From Thermoproteota archaeon (lineage in GTDB: Archaea > Korarchaeota > Korarchaeia > Korarchaeales > Korarchaeaceae): DNA of 64,000 nucleotides. The notes beneath the pieces were generated by a model. The model ran no database searches, was not told the DNA's origin, and worked only from the letters and a program-made list of their open reading frames with translations. Location of the stretch: positions 9,147 through 73,146 of the forward strand of contig JAOZFI010000039.1 in NCBI GenBank assembly GCA_027491395.1, read 5' to 3'. Below are positions 9,465-19,140 of the stretch, piece after piece. The translations under genes were made by a program, and so were the position numbers. Every line of letters begins with the position of its first letter. The first letter of the stretch is position 1.

Positions 9465-10672
9465 TCTCTCACCACCTTGACCTTAAAACCTTCAATATCA
9501 ACTATCCTCACCCTCTCCCCCTCCTCTATGCTCTCATTTGAAACGGCAGTCCAGAGCTCAGAGCCAACGAGCACCACTCCATCTCTATCCGGCCTTATAG
9601 CGACCTTAACTACTCCTGTTTTACCTATTACGTTTTCTGGACTAAGGGGACTTGTTCTTTTAGACAGGATCTCCCTTATCTTGTACAGATAGAACCCAAC
9701 AAGTCCGGAGAAAACAACTAGAGATACAATCACGGCTTCGACACTTAAGGTGGGTGCTATCAGTGGTCCAGATTCGTACACAAGCAGCAGGCCAATAGCG
9801 GAGATCACAGCGCCTGTCAGGGCTAGGAAACCGTGACCGGTCTTCAACTCGAGGAATATGGTCGTCGCTCCCATCACCATGAGTATTACAGCCGCTAGAC
9901 TCGCCCCGATGAGGCCGAACGCGTAGAGGCCCAGCACTATCATTATGGTCCCACTGGCCTCCATCACGAAGGTCGGGTGCGTCAGTCCAAGCAGCACGAG
10001 TATTATGCCTAGAATGAATATAACCCATGCATTCAGCGGATCCGTTATGACGAGGAGGAGGGATACCCTCACATCAGGGTAATATTCCTCTGTTTCTCTG
10101 GGCCAGCCCATCCTTTCCAGCGCTTCTAGAGAATTCTTCGCCGTGCAGTCCGCTATTCCATACTTCGAGGCCTCCTCAGCGGTTAGAGCTAGATTCTCCC
10201 TAACGAACAGTTCCGCAGCCGTTGAGTTCTTACCTGAAACCTCAGCTAAGCTCTTCATCCAGCTGGAGAGGGCGTTCACCACTTTCTCATCTCTCGGTCT
10301 AGGCTCGGCCGCCCCTATGGAAGATCCGGGTCCCATGCATATCTTATCCGCAGACAGTGCTATGAAGGCTCCAGCCGAGAATGCCTTTCCACCTGATGGG
10401 ATGTAGACGGCCACCCTCACCGGTGAAGAGCTGATTGTCCCTACTATCCGCTCAGTCGACTGGAGGAACCCTCCATCAGTGTTGAGGACTATGAGCACAT
10501 CCATGTCACTGCTCTCAGCAAGCTTCACTCCGGACGCGATGTACTCCGCCACACCCTCTGTGATGGTACCTTCTACCCTCAGCAGGAGGGTTCTACCACC
10601 ACTGGAGGCCTGCAGAAGAGGGGGAAGCAGGAGTGAGAGCATCAGTAATACAGTAAGCGTTGACCTTCTCAT
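9461..10672 (-). CDS. nfeD: NfeD (STOPP-like) membrane-bound serine protease
   Basis: Signal peptide, ClpP-like domain (NTDGG, AFSAG, IGAAEP, EK), TM region and C-terminal OB domain (GELWTA). Overlaps the SPFH gene. Start placed at the ATG following GGAG. Confidence 0.88.
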   Translation of the reverse strand: MRRSTLTVLLMLSLLLPPLLQASSGGRTLLLRVEGTITEGVAEYIASGVKLAESSDMDVLIVLNTDGGFLQSTERIVGTISSSPVRVAVYIPSGGKAFSAGAFIALSADKICMGPGSSIGAAEPRPRDEKVVNALSSWMKSLAEVSGKNSTAAELFVRENLALTAEEASKYGIADCTAKNSLEALERMGWPRETEEYYPDVRVSLLLVITDPLNAWVIFILGIILVLLGLTHPTFVMEASGTIMIVLGLYAFGLIGASLAAVILMVMGATTIFLELKTGHGFLALTGAVISAIGLLLVYESGPLIAPTLSVEAVIVSLVVFSGLVGFYLYKIREILSKRTSPLSPENVIGKTGVVKVAIRPDRDGVVLVGSELWTAVSNESIEEGERVRIVDIEGFKVKVVRE

Positions 10673-10973
10673 GGCTCCACTCATAAGCAGTAAGTATAGA
10701 AATTTAACCGTTGTTTTTTGGAGGACTCCCGATACCCCGGATTCTCCTTGAAGGGACGGAGAGTGTGGATGACACTTAGACACCTAGTTGCGCTAATTCT
10801 ATGTTACTATGTCGAAAATCTGTCCTATTGATGGAGGATCGCCGAGAGATGATGGGAAGATGAATCTCTCTGAGGCGTACGACCCCTCTCCCGAACCGGA
10901 AAAATCTTTTTGTTGGAAAAGGGAAAAATACATGATCTATCCAAGCTTGTGCTCCCCTATCTGAGGTCAAGAT

Positions 10974-10988
10974 TTATATTTGTCAGAT
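10974..10988 (+). promoter_or_regulatory. TATA-like box followed by TCAGAT, upstream of peptide ABC operon 2
   Basis: TTATATT-TG-TCAGAT lies 49 nt before the ATG and matches the operon 1 motif. Confidence 0.55.
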
Positions 10989-11022
10989 TTTGGGGCCTAT
11001 CTAACCATAGTGGGTGTTCTAG

Positions 11023-12726
11023 ATGAGTGGGAAAGATTGGATAGTCGTGATAGTCCTCCTGATCGTGGGGCTCCTTATAGGGTATTTTGCCGCGGGCCCT
11101 GGTAAGACAACCACTGTCACCGTGACACAGACCTCTGTCAAGACCGTGACCGTGACCCAGACTGCTGGCGCCCCTCCAGCTCCCACCACGACTAAGACGA
11201 CCACTACCCAACCCAAGGCCCAGATGAAGACCCCCGCTGATACCCTGATAATAGCTATGGATACCAGCGATGCGGTCTCTATGGATCCGGCTAGGGCTTA
11301 TGAGTTCACCTCATGCTTCGTTGTCAACCAGCTCTATGATAAGCTTGTGGATTTCGAGCTTCCTGATCTGGTCAATGTTAAGCCTGAGGTCGCTGAGAAG
11401 TGGGAAGTCAGCGAAGATGGCAAGGTTTGGACCTTCCATATAAGGAAGGGTATTAAGTTCGCTAGCGGTAATCCCCTCACCGCCGATGATGTCGTTTACT
11501 CCCTCCAGAGGGTAATTAAGCTTAAGCAGACCGCTTCTTGGGTTCTTACCCAGTTCGTCTCCACTCCCGAGCAGATAGAGAAGATCGATGACTACACCGT
11601 CAAGATAACCTTAGATAAGCCAGTAGCTCCGAGCTTCTTCCTCGCTACCCTGACGTTCACGACTTCCGCAGTCGTAGATAAGCAGGTGGTCGAGGCCCAT
11701 GCGAAGAACGGGGACATGGGAAGCGATTGGATGACCGATCACAGCGCCGGTAGCGGTCCGTTCGTCCTAGAGAAGTGGGATAGGGAAGCCGAAATAGTCC
11801 TTAAGGCCAATCCATACTACTGGAAGCCAGGTCAGCCAGCTGTGAAGAAGGTGATCATAAAGCATGTTCCCGAGCCCACGGATCAGCTCCTCCTGATAAA
11901 GAAGGGGGATGTTGACATAGCAACTGACTTGACTGCGGAGCAGGTCAAACAGGTTGAGGGTACACCCGGAATAAACGTGATAAAGGTGGAGAGGACCCAC
12001 ATAGTCTACTTGGGAATGAACGTTGCCGTGAAGCCGTTGGACAAGGAAGAGGTTAGGGATGCAATCAGGTACTGTATAGATTATGACAGCATAATAAACG
12101 ACATCCTGCTTGGAGCAGCGATAAAGTGGCAGACTGTCATTCCAAAGGGTCTGCTCGGAGCGAACCCGAAGACACCCTACAAGAAGGATGTGGCTAAGGC
12201 CAAGGAACTCTTAGCTAAGGCCGGTGTGCCCAATGGATTCACCATAGAGCTGACCACGCCGCCGACCTATCCTCAGATAGACATAGCAACCAAGATACAG
12301 GCTGACCTGGCCGAGTGCGGCATCAAGGTGAAGATCGTGCAGATGACCCAGTCCGAGATGTACGAGAAGTACAGAAAGCAAGGTCTCCAGCTTGTGCTCG
12401 CAGGTTGGGGGTCCGACTATCCGGATCCGGACAACAACGCCAAGGCTTTCGGTGACTACAGGGTGAAACAGCTCGCTTGGAGGAACTCTTGGTACGATGA
12501 CCATGCCGCCGATCTCGCCGAGAAAGCGGCCGTGGAGTTCGACAACAATAAGAGGAAGCAGATGTACCTCGAGCTCACTGACTACATACTCGACCACGGA
12601 CCCTACGCGATCCTCTACCAGACCCTCGCCCAGCACGTAGCGAGGGACTACGTGAAGAATTATCTGCCCGATCCGACGTTCTTCCTTGAGGACCTCTCCA
12701 AGGTGTCAAAGGCCGGAGGGAGCTGA
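11023..12726 (+). CDS. dppA: Peptide ABC substrate-binding protein (family 5, DdpA-like subgroup) with TM anchor and Thr-rich linker
   Basis: MDPARAYE, FASGNPLTADDVVYS, HSAGSGPF, WGSDYPDPDN. Resembles E. coli DdpA by recall. Confidence 0.92.
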   Translation: MSGKDWIVVIVLLIVGLLIGYFAAGPGKTTTVTVTQTSVKTVTVTQTAGAPPAPTTTKTTTTQPKAQMKTPADTLIIAMDTSDAVSMDPARAYEFTSCFVVNQLYDKLVDFELPDLVNVKPEVAEKWEVSEDGKVWTFHIRKGIKFASGNPLTADDVVYSLQRVIKLKQTASWVLTQFVSTPEQIEKIDDYTVKITLDKPVAPSFFLATLTFTTSAVVDKQVVEAHAKNGDMGSDWMTDHSAGSGPFVLEKWDREAEIVLKANPYYWKPGQPAVKKVIIKHVPEPTDQLLLIKKGDVDIATDLTAEQVKQVEGTPGINVIKVERTHIVYLGMNVAVKPLDKEEVRDAIRYCIDYDSIINDILLGAAIKWQTVIPKGLLGANPKTPYKKDVAKAKELLAKAGVPNGFTIELTTPPTYPQIDIATKIQADLAECGIKVKIVQMTQSEMYEKYRKQGLQLVLAGWGSDYPDPDNNAKAFGDYRVKQLAWRNSWYDDHAADLAEKAAVEFDNNKRKQMYLELTDYILDHGPYAILYQTLAQHVARDYVKNYLPDPTFFLEDLSKVSKAGGS

Positions 12727-12750
12727 GACTTCCCTCCCTTTTTCTCTTCC
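12727..12750 (+). terminator. Intra-operon pyrimidine/U-tract after the binding-protein gene
   Basis: GACTTCCCTCCCTTTTTCTCTTCC follows the stop codon. Confidence 0.5.
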
Positions 12751-12762
12751 GGGGGGTAGCTG

Positions 12763-13776
12763 TTGGACCTTAAGACGTACATATTGAGGCGTCTGGCCCT
12801 AATGTTGTTCGTCCTATTCGGAATAATTGTGATTACGTTTATCGTGTCTCATGTGATTCCTGCTGATCCTATAGGGGCCATTCTGGGACCCCAAGCTCCT
12901 CCCGAGCTTGTAGAGAAGGTTAGAAGGGAGTGGGGATTCGATAAGCCCCTTCCCGAGCAGTTCGTTGACTACATGGTGAACTTACTCCACGGTAACTTAG
13001 GCAAGTCCATAAGAACGAATAAGCCGGTGGCAGAGGACCTCATGAAGTTCTTTCCCGCGACGATCGAACTGGCAACGGCGGCGATGATAGTTGCCATAGT
13101 GATAGGGATACCCCTCGGTATAATCTCGGCCGTTAAGAAGGACAAGTGGCCCGACCACATCTCCAGAATATTTGCTCTAATGGGGGTGAGCATGCCCGTC
13201 TTCTGGCTGGGTCTCATCCTGCTCTTCGTCCTCTACTACCAGCTGGGAATATTTCCAGGGCCTGGTAGGCTGGATCCAGGGATAGAGGCTCCACCCAGAA
13301 TAACTGGCATTTTAACACTCGATAGCTTGATTACCGGGAACTTCGAGGCGTTCACGAATGCCGTATGGCATCTTATACTCCCCTCGTTCGTCTTGGGCTA
13401 CTACGCCTCTGCATCAATCACTAGGATCACTAGGACATCCTTACTCGAGGTCATGACCCAGGACTTCATAAGGACGGCCAGAGCTAAGGGCCTGCCCGAG
13501 AGGGTCGTGCTGTTCAGGCACGCCCTGAGGAACGCGCTCATACCCACTACCACCGTCATAGGGATGGCTTACGGAAGCCTGCTGGAAGGTGCGATACTCA
13601 CGGAGACCATATTCGCTTGGCCCGGATTGGGGAGGTACTCAACAGGTGCTTTCCTGTCTGTGGATTTCTTGGCGGTTATGGGCTCCACCTTACTGATAGC
13701 GGTGATCTACTCAGTGGCCAACTTGGTTGTGGACATACTCTACGCATTCCTCGATCCGAGGATAAGGTATGCCTGA
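12763..13776 (+). CDS. dppB: Peptide ABC permease (DdpB-like); TTG start
   Basis: ITFIVSHVIPADP, FFPATIELA, FIRTARAKGL, DPRIRY. Confidence 0.92.
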   Translation: MDLKTYILRRLALMLFVLFGIIVITFIVSHVIPADPIGAILGPQAPPELVEKVRREWGFDKPLPEQFVDYMVNLLHGNLGKSIRTNKPVAEDLMKFFPATIELATAAMIVAIVIGIPLGIISAVKKDKWPDHISRIFALMGVSMPVFWLGLILLFVLYYQLGIFPGPGRLDPGIEAPPRITGILTLDSLITGNFEAFTNAVWHLILPSFVLGYYASASITRITRTSLLEVMTQDFIRTARAKGLPERVVLFRHALRNALIPTTTVIGMAYGSLLEGAILTETIFAWPGLGRYSTGAFLSVDFLAVMGSTLLIAVIYSVANLVVDILYAFLDPRIRYA

Positions 13777-13788
13777 GGAGGTGCTCTC

Positions 13789-14673
13789 ATGAACTTAAGA
13801 GAGAAGGTCAGGGGCCTGATGGAGTATTTCAGATCCGAGGACTTTAAAATAACTCTAATCTTGGTGAAGAAGAGCCCTCTCACGGTCTTGGGACTCGCTC
13901 TGACCATATTCTTGGTGCTGGTGGCGATTTTCGCACCCTTCATAGCACCCTACGATCCCATAAAGCAGGACCTCAAGAATAGGCTTCAGCCCCCTAGCTG
14001 GGAGCACCCTTTCGGCACCGATCAGCTCGGAAGGGACATATTCAGCAGGGTGGTCTGGGGATCAAGGATCTCCCTGTTTATAGCCCTTATAGTTGTCGCT
14101 ATCTCATTCACCGTCGGAACTACCATAGGCATAATCTCCGGCTACTTCGGGGGTAAGGTTGACGAGGTTCTTATGAGGATCACGGACATGTTCATGGCAT
14201 TCCCCAGACTGGTACTCGCCTTGGCCGTGGCTGCCGCTCTAGGACCTGGGCTCTTCAACACCATGCTCGCCATAGCCTTCGTCTCTTGGGTCTACTACGC
14301 CAGGCTGGCTAGGGCTAGCACCCTCCAGATAAGGGAAGAGGTGTATATAGAGGCGGCTAGGGCGATAGGGGCCAGCGACAGGAGGATACTCTTCCTTCAT
14401 GTCCTCCCGGTAGTCATCGCGCCGGTAGTAGTTCAAGCCACCCTTGACATGGGCGGGACCATCCTCACCGCAGCCGGCCTCGGTTTCCTTGGACTGGGTG
14501 TCCAGCCCCCCACTCCGGAGTGGGGAGTCATGGTAAGTGAGGGGAGGAGGTTCATAACTGAACAGTGGTGGGTCTCCACATTCCCCGGTTTCGCGATACT
14601 CTTGGCAACGCTGGGCTTCAACCTGCTGGGCGACGGGATAAACGATATACTGAATGTCAGGGCGAGGAGGTGA
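13789..14673 (+). CDS. dppC: Peptide ABC permease
   Basis: HPFGTDQLGRDIFSRV, YIEAARAIGA, AAGLGFLGLG, PEWG. Confidence 0.92.
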   Translation: MNLREKVRGLMEYFRSEDFKITLILVKKSPLTVLGLALTIFLVLVAIFAPFIAPYDPIKQDLKNRLQPPSWEHPFGTDQLGRDIFSRVVWGSRISLFIALIVVAISFTVGTTIGIISGYFGGKVDEVLMRITDMFMAFPRLVLALAVAAALGPGLFNTMLAIAFVSWVYYARLARASTLQIREEVYIEAARAIGASDRRILFLHVLPVVIAPVVVQATLDMGGTILTAAGLGFLGLGVQPPTPEWGVMVSEGRRFITEQWWVSTFPGFAILLATLGFNLLGDGINDILNVRARR

Positions 14674-14677
14674 TTGA

Positions 14678-15667
14678 GTGAGCGACGACGGGAAAGGAGA
14701 GAATCTCTTGGAGATCAGGGATCTGTACGTTCAATTCCACACTCTGAGAGGCATAGTCAAGGCCATAGATGGCGTCAACTTGGAGGTGGGACATGGCGAG
14801 GTCTTGGGTCTTGTGGGGGAGACTGGCAGCGGCAAGACGGTGACGGGCCTCAGTATACTCAGGTTACTGGAGCAAAACGCCGAGATCACCGGAGGGGAGA
14901 TAATATTTCAGGGGAGAGACCTGCTCAAGCTGCCCCTCAAGGAGATCCTGAAGATAAGGGGGAGAGATATCTCAATGATTTTCCAAGAGCCGAAGGCCGC
15001 CCTGAACCCGGTCATGCAGGTGGGTGATCAGGTGGCCGAGTCCTTCCTAGTGCACGAGGAGATCTCCAAGAAGGAGGCGAGGGAGAGAGTCCTAGGGATA
15101 TTCAGGAGGGTGGGCCTCCCTGATCCCGAGAGGGTGTACAAGAGCTATCCCCACGAGCTCAGCGGGGGAATGGCTCAGAGGGTCGTGATATCCATGGCGC
15201 TCGCCCTGAAGCCGAAGCTGCTCATAGCTGACGAGCCCACCTCCGCCCTGGATGTGACAATACAGGCCCAGATAATGGACCTCTTTCGCGAGCTGATCAA
15301 CGAGATGGGAACCAGCGTCATCTACATAACACACGACATGGCCCTAGCTGCTGAGATAAGCGATAGGATCGCGGTGATGTATGCCGGCAGAATAGTGGAG
15401 GTGGCCGACACTGAAACGATATTCGAGAATCCCCTACATCCTTACACCCAGGGACTGCTGAAATCCATACCCAAACCGGGATATAGGGGGAAGCTCTTCT
15501 CGATGGAGGGGGAGATACCGCCCTTGATAAATTCACCCCCTGGCTGCAGGTTCCATCCCCGCTGCCCTAAGAGATTCGAACCGTGCGACAAGGAGGTGCC
15601 CAAGCTGATGGAGGTAGAACCAAGGCATAAGGTAGCCTGCTTCCTGTTCGGAGGTGCGTCCAAATGA
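14678..15667 (+). CDS. dppD: Peptide ABC ATPase
   Basis: [33 protein letters not shown]. Confidence 0.93.
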   Translation: MSDDGKGENLLEIRDLYVQFHTLRGIVKAIDGVNLEVGHGEVLGLVGETGSGKTVTGLSILRLLEQNAEITGGEIIFQGRDLLKLPLKEILKIRGRDISMIFQEPKAALNPVMQVGDQVAESFLVHEEISKKEARERVLGIFRRVGLPDPERVYKSYPHELSGGMAQRVVISMALALKPKLLIADEPTSALDVTIQAQIMDLFRELINEMGTSVIYITHDMALAAEISDRIAVMYAGRIVEVADTETIFENPLHPYTQGLLKSIPKPGYRGKLFSMEGEIPPLINSPPGCRFHPRCPKRFEPCDKEVPKLMEVEPRHKVACFLFGGASK

Positions 15668-16659
15668 TGCTGGAGGTTCAGGATCTCAAGAAGTACTTCC
15701 CCGTACGCGGTGGCGTGATGATGAGGGTGATCGGTCATGTGAAAGCGGTGGACGGGGTCTCCATATCCATAGAGAAGGGAGAAGTCTTCGGCCTGGTGGG
15801 CGAGTCCGGGAGCGGTAAGACGACCTTGGGCAGGACGGTCCTCAAGCTGACCAAGCCCACCGGTGGGAGGATAATCTTCGATGGAAGGGACATAACCGAT
15901 CTCTCGGGCAAGGATCTCATTCCCCTGAGGAGGGAGATGCAGATAGTCTTCCAGGACCCGTACAAGGCCTTGCATCCGAGGAAGAGGGTGAAGGACATAG
16001 TTGGTGAACCCCTGATCATACACGAGGGGACCAGCGATATGGAAGTGAGGAGGAGGGTAGCGGAGATGCTCAAGCTGGTGGGGCTGAATGTGGAGCACAT
16101 GGACAGGTACCCGCACGAGTTCTCGGGAGGGCAGAGGCAGAGGATAGTCATAGCTAGGGCCCTGATCCTGAGGCCCAAGTTCATGGTGCTCGACGAACCT
16201 ACCTCTGCCTTGGATGTGAGCGTTCAGGCTAAGATACTCAACCTGCTGAGCGATCTCAAGGAACAGTTTGACCTCACCTTCCTACTGATAAGCCACAACT
16301 TGGCGGTGGTGCAGCATATGAGCAACAGGATCGGCGTGATGTACCTCGGGAAGCTCATGGAGGTAGCTTCCTCGCAGGAACTCTTCGAGAAACCGCTTCA
16401 TCCCTATACGAAGGCCCTCATATCGGCCATCCCTGTACCCGACCCTAAGCTAGCTAAGAAGAAGAGGAAGATGACCCTCAGGGGCGAGATACCGAGTCCC
16501 TTGCATCCGCCCTCCGGCTGCAGGTTCCACACTAGGTGCCCGTTCGCTAAGGAGATCTGCGAGAGGGAGGAACCACCTTTGAGGGAGGTGGAGCCAGGCC
16601 ACTGGGTGGCGTGTCACTTCTGGGATGAGTTGAGGGAGGTAGGAGTGTTAAATGCCTGA
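15664..16659 (+). CDS. dppF: Peptide ABC ATPase
   Basis: [33 protein letters not shown]. Confidence 0.93.
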   Translation: MMLEVQDLKKYFPVRGGVMMRVIGHVKAVDGVSISIEKGEVFGLVGESGSGKTTLGRTVLKLTKPTGGRIIFDGRDITDLSGKDLIPLRREMQIVFQDPYKALHPRKRVKDIVGEPLIIHEGTSDMEVRRRVAEMLKLVGLNVEHMDRYPHEFSGGQRQRIVIARALILRPKFMVLDEPTSALDVSVQAKILNLLSDLKEQFDLTFLLISHNLAVVQHMSNRIGVMYLGKLMEVASSQELFEKPLHPYTKALISAIPVPDPKLAKKKRKMTLRGEIPSPLHPPSGCRFHTRCPFAKEICEREEPPLREVEPGHWVACHFWDELREVGVLNA

Positions 16660-16804
16660 GGATGGGGATAAGGAGGTTGAGCTCGAATGGAAGGATTACC
16701 TAGCCTTCGTGATCGCCCTCTTGACAACCAACCTCCTTCCCCTCATTCTGATAGGGATTCTAATGGTGATCCTCTCGTACCTCATCGTTCAACTCTTCGG
16801 CTGA
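16652..16804 (+). CDS. 50-aa hydrophobic membrane protein, not in the ORF track
   Basis: [50 protein letters not shown]. The ATG overlaps the dppF end and has GGAGTG upstream. Confidence 0.7.
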   Translation: MPEDGDKEVELEWKDYLAFVIALLTTNLLPLILIGILMVILSYLIVQLFG

Positions 16805-18062
16805 CCTCCTCCAACGACTTTTCGATTATGGAGAGGGCCTCCTCCACCTGTTCAGCCGTTATCGTTATCGGTGGCGTCAGCTTGATCACATTGTGATGCC
16901 TGCCCACGGTTATGGCCAGCAAGCCGTTTCTGAAGAGGGCGTCCTTCAGCTCAGACGCTAACCTCTTCGAGGGCCTCCCACCCTCCAGTATCTCAATTCC
17001 CTGCACGCATCCGATCCCCCGGGCATCGACTACATGATTGTATCTGGTGACGAACTCCCTTAACCCTCTCATCATCTCTTCTCCTCTTCTCAAGGCATTT
17101 TCCAAGAGATTTTCCTCTCTGATCGCCTCTATAGTCGCTAAGGCGGCCAAGACTCCCAAGTAGTGGCCAGCGTATGTGCCGAGGCTGCCGCCGCTACACA
17201 GATACCACTCCTCCACGAGATCGCCCCTGAAGGCAATAGCCGCTAGGGGAAGACCGCCCGCTATCCCCTTGCCCATGACTATGATGTCGGGCTCCACCCC
17301 GTGATGCTCTACCCCGAACCACCTACCCGTCCTTCCGAAACCCGTGTAGACCTCGTCGATTATGAGTAGAGCGCCTGTCCTCTCCGCAATCCCCCTGAGG
17401 CCCCTGAAGAAGCTGGAGGGTGGGAATAATACGCCCCCATGAGACTGGAGCGGTTCCACTATGATACCAGCCAAGTCCTCGGGTTCCACTGCCCTACCGA
17501 TGACCTCCTCCTCTATGAAATTAAGTACAGCATGAGAGCACTCCTCGCAGTCATCAGCCTTTAGAGGACATCTGAAACAGTTGGGGTAGGGCGCATATAC
17601 GGCTTCAGAGGTCCTAGGTGCGACCCGCCTCATCCCCTCCGTGGGAGAGGATTGCAAAGCATATCCAGTGAGCCCGTGATAGGCGCCGTAAAAAGAGAGG
17701 ATGACCTGCTTTCCCGTGGCGAACTTGGCCAGCTGAATAGCGAAATCACTCGCCTCGCTTCCAGTGGTGGCATACGCTATGGAGGCATTCTCGACGGGGA
17801 CGAGAGACCTGAGTTCCTCCCCGAGCTTCAGGAGAGGCTCGTTCGGGGCCAGTAAACCTGAAAAACCCGTTAACTTCTCCACCCCCTCCTTTACTTTCGA
17901 CACTACTTTGGGGTGGGCTTGACCGAGGGAGGTAGCCGCTCCGCTGAAATCCAAGAACCTCCTTCCATCTCTCGTCCATATTTCCGCCTTAAACCCTCTT
18001 TCGACGATGATTGGAAAGGAGGGAGGGCACTTGAATACCTTCGGGTAGAAATCTTCCAGCAT
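16782..18062 (-). CDS. Class III PLP-dependent aminotransferase or amino acid racemase/epimerase-like enzyme
   Basis: FLDF, TGSEA, GAYHG, DEVYTGFGRTG, MGKGIAGG (PLP Lys), GTYAG. Confidence 0.85.
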   Translation of the reverse strand: MLEDFYPKVFKCPPSFPIIVERGFKAEIWTRDGRRFLDFSGAATSLGQAHPKVVSKVKEGVEKLTGFSGLLAPNEPLLKLGEELRSLVPVENASIAYATTGSEASDFAIQLAKFATGKQVILSFYGAYHGLTGYALQSSPTEGMRRVAPRTSEAVYAPYPNCFRCPLKADDCEECSHAVLNFIEEEVIGRAVEPEDLAGIIVEPLQSHGGVLFPPSSFFRGLRGIAERTGALLIIDEVYTGFGRTGRWFGVEHHGVEPDIIVMGKGIAGGLPLAAIAFRGDLVEEWYLCSGGSLGTYAGHYLGVLAALATIEAIREENLLENALRRGEEMMRGLREFVTRYNHVVDARGIGCVQGIEILEGGRPSKRLASELKDALFRNGLLAITVGRHHNVIKLTPPITITAEQVEEALSIIEKSLEEVSRRVER

Positions 18063-18102
18063 AGGAATATGCGATCCTCATTCCTAAATACCTTGAAGGA
18101 AT

Positions 18103-18729
18103 TCAGCCTCCGGCCATGTAGATGGCCTCCTCAGCTATCTGGACCGCGTGGTCCGCCATCCTCTCGAGGTATCTGAGGATGAGTGTCATGGCCACAGCGC
18201 AAGCTGGGACCTTCTCAACACCAGTCAGGACCCTCTCCTTTAGGTAAGACTCGTAGGCCCCGTCCACCTTGTCATCCATCTCCATAACCCTCCTAGCTAG
18301 CTCTATATCCCTGGTCTCCACCGCCCTCAGGGCCTCCTTCACCATGGTCTCAGTTATCTCAGCTGGCTCAACCACGAGCTGGATGTCGCATTGGCTCATG
18401 TCCCTGAACAGGACTAGGGTCTGGGCTATGTTCCTAGCGTACCTGCCAAGCCTAACCAGCCCATAACTTATCTCCATGAGGGATATGAGGGTTCTCAGGT
18501 CCGACGCCATTGGCTGGAATCTGGCTAGGATCTCACTTATCTTGATTCTCAACTGTCCGTGGGTGAAGGACAGGATTTGAGCTCCCTTATCAACCTCCTC
18601 TAGGACGGTAGTAGGATCTGCCCTGCCTAGGAAAGCCTCGACGCACTTCTTGGTTAGTGAGAGGGATAACTCACTCGACTTGACGACCTCGGAGAAGACG
18701 GATTTTATCTCGGCATCCAATAACGCCAT
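18103..18729 (-). CDS. phoU: PhoU-family helical-bundle protein
   Basis: FQPMASDLR, MDDKVD, RYLERMADHAVQIAE. Start placed at MALLD. Confidence 0.8.
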   Translation of the reverse strand: MALLDAEIKSVFSEVVKSSELSLSLTKKCVEAFLGRADPTTVLEEVDKGAQILSFTHGQLRIKISEILARFQPMASDLRTLISLMEISYGLVRLGRYARNIAQTLVLFRDMSQCDIQLVVEPAEITETMVKEALRAVETRDIELARRVMEMDDKVDGAYESYLKERVLTGVEKVPACAVAMTLILRYLERMADHAVQIAEEAIYMAGG

Positions 18730-18802
18730 TTTCACATATCCCTTGGTCGAACTTACCCGCCCGATTTTATTATGTTTCCGCATGCTCAGGTAGGAGATCG
18801 AT

Positions 18803-19138
18803 ATGAGCGAGGAGGGATCTTTTAGCTTGGTGTTCGTGGCCTTCATGTTCATAGGAATGGGCGTAGGTTATCTGCTTGGGAACACAGCTGCTGGGCTCTT
18901 CATAGGAATGGGAGTGGGGTTCTTGGCCATGGCCTACCTCAAACCTAGGGAGAAGGGGATAGACTTGAGGAAGGGGCCTTGGGGCTCGGTGGCACTTGCT
19001 TTGGTGGGCTTGGGCTTCATCTTGGGTGGGACATCGCTGCTTCTGGGCTTCGAGATACCTTGGGATAAGTTGGGAGGGGTGTTCCTCATTCTGATGGGTT
19101 TGGCCTTCCTGGCCATGGCTCTGGGAAGGAGGGGTTAG
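18803..19138 (+). CDS. Small Gly-rich multi-pass membrane protein
   Basis: About four hydrophobic segments; GGAG SD; no family recognised. Confidence 0.65.
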   Translation: MSEEGSFSLVFVAFMFIGMGVGYLLGNTAAGLFIGMGVGFLAMAYLKPREKGIDLRKGPWGSVALALVGLGFILGGTSLLLGFEIPWDKLGGVFLILMGLAFLAMALGRRG

Positions 19139-19140
19139 AG

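Noticed and set aside
8577-10672. NfeD-stomatin pair as a novel system
   Set aside because: A well-described conserved operon; catalytic Ser and Lys appear normal.
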